Origin: Opitutales bacterium
Lineage (GTDB): Bacteria; Verrucomicrobiota; Verrucomicrobiia; Opitutales; PNEW01
NCBI GenBank assembly: GCA_965219535.1
Contig: CBDCNV010000001.1
Location: forward strand, 1,140,001-1,172,000
Length of the DNA stretch: 32,000 nt
Reading direction: 5' to 3'
The translations under genes and the position numbers were made by a program. Below are positions 29,642-32,000 of the stretch, one piece after another; positions within the stretch are counted from its first letter, which is position 1; the number at the start of each line of letters is the position of its first letter. The notes under the pieces were generated by a model. That model did no database searches. It saw nothing but the letters and a program-made list of their open reading frames with translations, and was not told the DNA's origin.

Positions 29642-31921
29642 ATGAAAATCAAAGTCTTCACTCTTTCCCTTACTTTGATTTTTGCCTACACGCTCTGTGC
29701 CGAAGAGCCGATTGAGATTGATATTCCCATTTTCGAGGGTGGGTATGGGGTCAAAATATATCAGGATGTTGCGCGCGCCTATGAGAAAGAACATCCCGGT
29801 GTTAAGATCAACCTCTACGGCGATCCACGTATGCCGGATCAGGTGCGTATTCGTGTCATTGAAGGTAATTATCCTAACGCGACAACAGCAGAATTGTCTT
29901 GGTATAACTTAATTCAAGCGGGAAAAATTCTCGACCTGTCGCCCTACCTGGAAGGGCTTAATTGGGAAAACGATGCCCGGTGGCGTGATACTTTTCTTCC
30001 CGGGGCACTAGAACATTGGCAAGACGGCGAGCATGTCTGGGCGGTGCCTTTTGCTTATGCGACGAGGATGATTTTTTATAATAAAACGCTGTTTAGAGAT
30101 AATGGATGGGAAATTCCTCAAACTTGGGATGAGCTGTTCAGCCTCTGCGACCAAGTTAAAGCGGTCAATATTGCGCCCTTCGCATTCCCGGGTGTTTACA
30201 TGAGCTATGGTGATATGATTTTAAGAGCGGCCTATTACAACCTGGCTGGACCGGATGGGTATCGACGTTTTAATCTACTCGAGAAAGGGTCGCGTTCCAA
30301 TCCACAATTTAAAAAAGCCGCAGGTATTCTTCAGCGGCTATCCACCCAGTATTTCCAGGAGGGTTGGGAAGGTATGAGTCACACCGGTTCCCAATTACAG
30401 TTTTTTCAAAGTAATACCGCTATGATTGCCAACGGCTCATGGATGGTGAGCGAAATGTCAGGTAAAATTCCTGAGGAATTTGAGCTCGGTGCATTTAACA
30501 TGCCTGTTTTCCCAGAGGGAATAGGGTCCCGGAATGCGGTCCAGGCCGGAAGTGGTTATTTCTTCCTTTTTAGTGAGGTGGAAAACAGAGATGTAACAGT
30601 TGATTTTTTTCGTTTTATGACCTCACGTCGATGGGCGACAGCTTTCACCGAAAGGCGGGATTCCTCCACCGCGATCATCGGAACACCCCTCGAAAGCTAC
30701 TCACCGCTAATGAATGATGTGGCAAAGATGATTGAGAATGCAACCGCTACTTTTGGTACACCCTTTGGCTCATCACCCCCTTATCCAGGGATGGCTCAAG
30801 CTGAAGAAGATGCGCGGGCGATGCTCATGTATAATGAAATTACACCCGAAGAATACGGTGATTTTCTCGAGACAGCGGCAGAAAAAGAAAGGATTATTAG
30901 AATTAATCCCAAACAAGTAGTCTATCGTCATACTACGGCCGGATCCCTGTTTGTTTTTATTATGGTAGCTGCTTTTGCCTACACGGTTTACCGCGAGCTT
31001 AAAGTGAGAAAAAAAGTGAAGTCGGTCAGTTATTTTCCGGGCAAGTTGAATTCGCGCTACGTGCTTTTATTCATTGGACCGGCGATGGTGATGTATCTGG
31101 TTTTTTCGATTAAACCGTCATTGGAATCATTTGTCTGGGCCTTTACGCGGTGGGATGGAATTACGGATCGTGAGTATGTGGGATTGCTGCATTTCAAAAA
31201 ACTTTTGTTTGAGAGCGATACATTCTGGAAGGCTTTAAAAAATAATTTATTCGTCATGTTTGTTCCGCCTCTCTTTGTCATTCCGATCGCGCTTTCCATT
31301 TCCTTTCTTATCAGCCGTCGGATTTGGGGCAGCAATATGTTTCGCATCTGTTTTTTCTTTCCCAATATCATGGGAGCAATCGCGATCACTCTTTTGTGGA
31401 TGAACGCTTACGATCCCCAGGGTGGCCTGGTTAATGGTGCGCTTGTCGGGCTGGGTTTTACCCAGTTTGAGAATTTTCCCTGGTTGTCACAGGAACATTT
31501 ATACTGGTCTCTCATTCCCATCGCGATATGGGGGGCCTGCGGATTTAACATGATTCTCTACCTCGCTGCGATGGAGAACGTGGATATCGCCTTATATGAT
31601 GCGGCGTCGATCGATGGTGCTTCCACCTGGCAACAGTTTTTTTTCATTACTATACCGCAGATCTGGGAAGCACTGACGATTTCCGCGGTATTCATGGTCA
31701 TCGGCGGATTAAAAACATTTGAATATATCTGGTTGCTGACCAGCCAACAGCCGACATCAAATACGCATGTTATAACCACCTACATGGTTACCACGATGTT
31801 TAAGGAATTTAAGGTTGGTCAGGCGACGGCGATCGCGGTTCTATTATTTGTCTTAGTATTCTTTGGCGCGATGCTTACTCTACGATTGATGAAACGAGAG
31901 ACATCGGAGGTCTATCAATGA
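29642..31921 (+). CDS. Fusion protein: CUT1-type ABC solute-binding domain + MalF/UgpA-type permease domain
   Basis: ATG 29642 gives the signal peptide MKIKVFTLSLTLIFAYTLCAEE. About 420 aa are SBP-like (AVPFAYATRMIFYNKTLF, ANGSWM). A TM segment then leads into a permease with LLFIGPAMVMYLVF and the EAA-type loop LYDAASIDGASTWQQFFFITIPQI. Confidence 0.75.
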   Translation: MKIKVFTLSLTLIFAYTLCAEEPIEIDIPIFEGGYGVKIYQDVARAYEKEHPGVKINLYGDPRMPDQVRIRVIEGNYPNATTAELSWYNLIQAGKILDLSPYLEGLNWENDARWRDTFLPGALEHWQDGEHVWAVPFAYATRMIFYNKTLFRDNGWEIPQTWDELFSLCDQVKAVNIAPFAFPGVYMSYGDMILRAAYYNLAGPDGYRRFNLLEKGSRSNPQFKKAAGILQRLSTQYFQEGWEGMSHTGSQLQFFQSNTAMIANGSWMVSEMSGKIPEEFELGAFNMPVFPEGIGSRNAVQAGSGYFFLFSEVENRDVTVDFFRFMTSRRWATAFTERRDSSTAIIGTPLESYSPLMNDVAKMIENATATFGTPFGSSPPYPGMAQAEEDARAMLMYNEITPEEYGDFLETAAEKERIIRINPKQVVYRHTTAGSLFVFIMVAAFAYTVYRELKVRKKVKSVSYFPGKLNSRYVLLFIGPAMVMYLVFSIKPSLESFVWAFTRWDGITDREYVGLLHFKKLLFESDTFWKALKNNLFVMFVPPLFVIPIALSISFLISRRIWGSNMFRICFFFPNIMGAIAITLLWMNAYDPQGGLVNGALVGLGFTQFENFPWLSQEHLYWSLIPIAIWGACGFNMILYLAAMENVDIALYDAASIDGASTWQQFFFITIPQIWEALTISAVFMVIGGLKTFEYIWLLTSQQPTSNTHVITTYMVTTMFKEFKVGQATAIAVLLFVLVFFGAMLTLRLMKRETSEVYQ

Positions 31922-32000
31922 AAAACAGACTGGGCAAAAAGCCATTTCTTGAGCCGATTGTGAAGATGCTGATATTCAGCGTGCTCCTGTGTTATCTCAT
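31918..32000 (+). CDS. Second ABC permease (MalG/UgpE-like), 5' partial at the window edge
   Basis: An ATGA stop/start overlap links it to the upstream gene. The product begins MKNRLGKKPFLEPIVKMLIFSVLLCYL and is hydrophobic. It is truncated by the window end. Confidence 0.5.
   Translation, partial: MKNRLGKKPFLEPIVKMLIFSVLLCYL

Noticed and set aside
4659-31779. Short ORFs of 60-190 aa are nested in or antisense to the enzyme, regulator and transporter genes (for example 4659-4973, 5628-5975, 6754-7128, 7133-7498, 11040-11621, 11537-11845, 14764-15000, 19949-20167, 25448-25732, 26537-26773, 29062-29427, 31057-31389).
   Set aside because: Each overlaps a longer ORF with recognisable family motifs. 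Their compositions are typical of off-frame translation.

Overview
This 32-kb bacterial chromosomal window has gene content and a repeat style that suggest a PVC-type (Verrucomicrobiota-like) heterotroph; that assignment is inference only. Four blocks are present. (1) Two nearly identical 1345-bp copies of an IS3-family element lie in inverted orientation (628-1972 and 22266-23610). The first abuts a second, 3'-truncated IS3-family element (1973-3118). (2) An island of mostly single-gene units encodes an Ldh_2-type dehydrogenase, an epimerase, a PhyH dioxygenase, an aldo/keto reductase, a Zn-ADH, two tandem M19 dipeptidases, two SDRs, an SGNH hydrolase, a GNAT and an M28 peptidase. (3) A sigma54-dependent two-component module has a good -24/-12 promoter upstream of genes for a secreted coiled-coil protein, an outer-membrane beta-barrel, the sensor kinase and a PQQ-like propeller protein. 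(4) A CUT1-type ABC importer begins with a binding-protein/permease fusion. The most unusual signal is non-coding. Almost every intergenic region holds a mosaic foldback element whose arms are short tandem arrays of degenerate 7-nt words (RGTCNAA, also GACGAAG and the 8-nt GTCAAAAG). These arms are often nested around arrays of 8-nt-period CGCATNNN words and shared internal modules. The arrays have a consistent polarity relative to the flanking genes. Some elements carry cargo genes (a four-helix-bundle/IVS-type protein, a 244-aa orphan). Some supply the start codon and first codons, or the last codons, of neighbouring enzymes. I do not recognise this as a described repeat family. All repeat claims come from reading the sequence directly, and functional readings are hypotheses.
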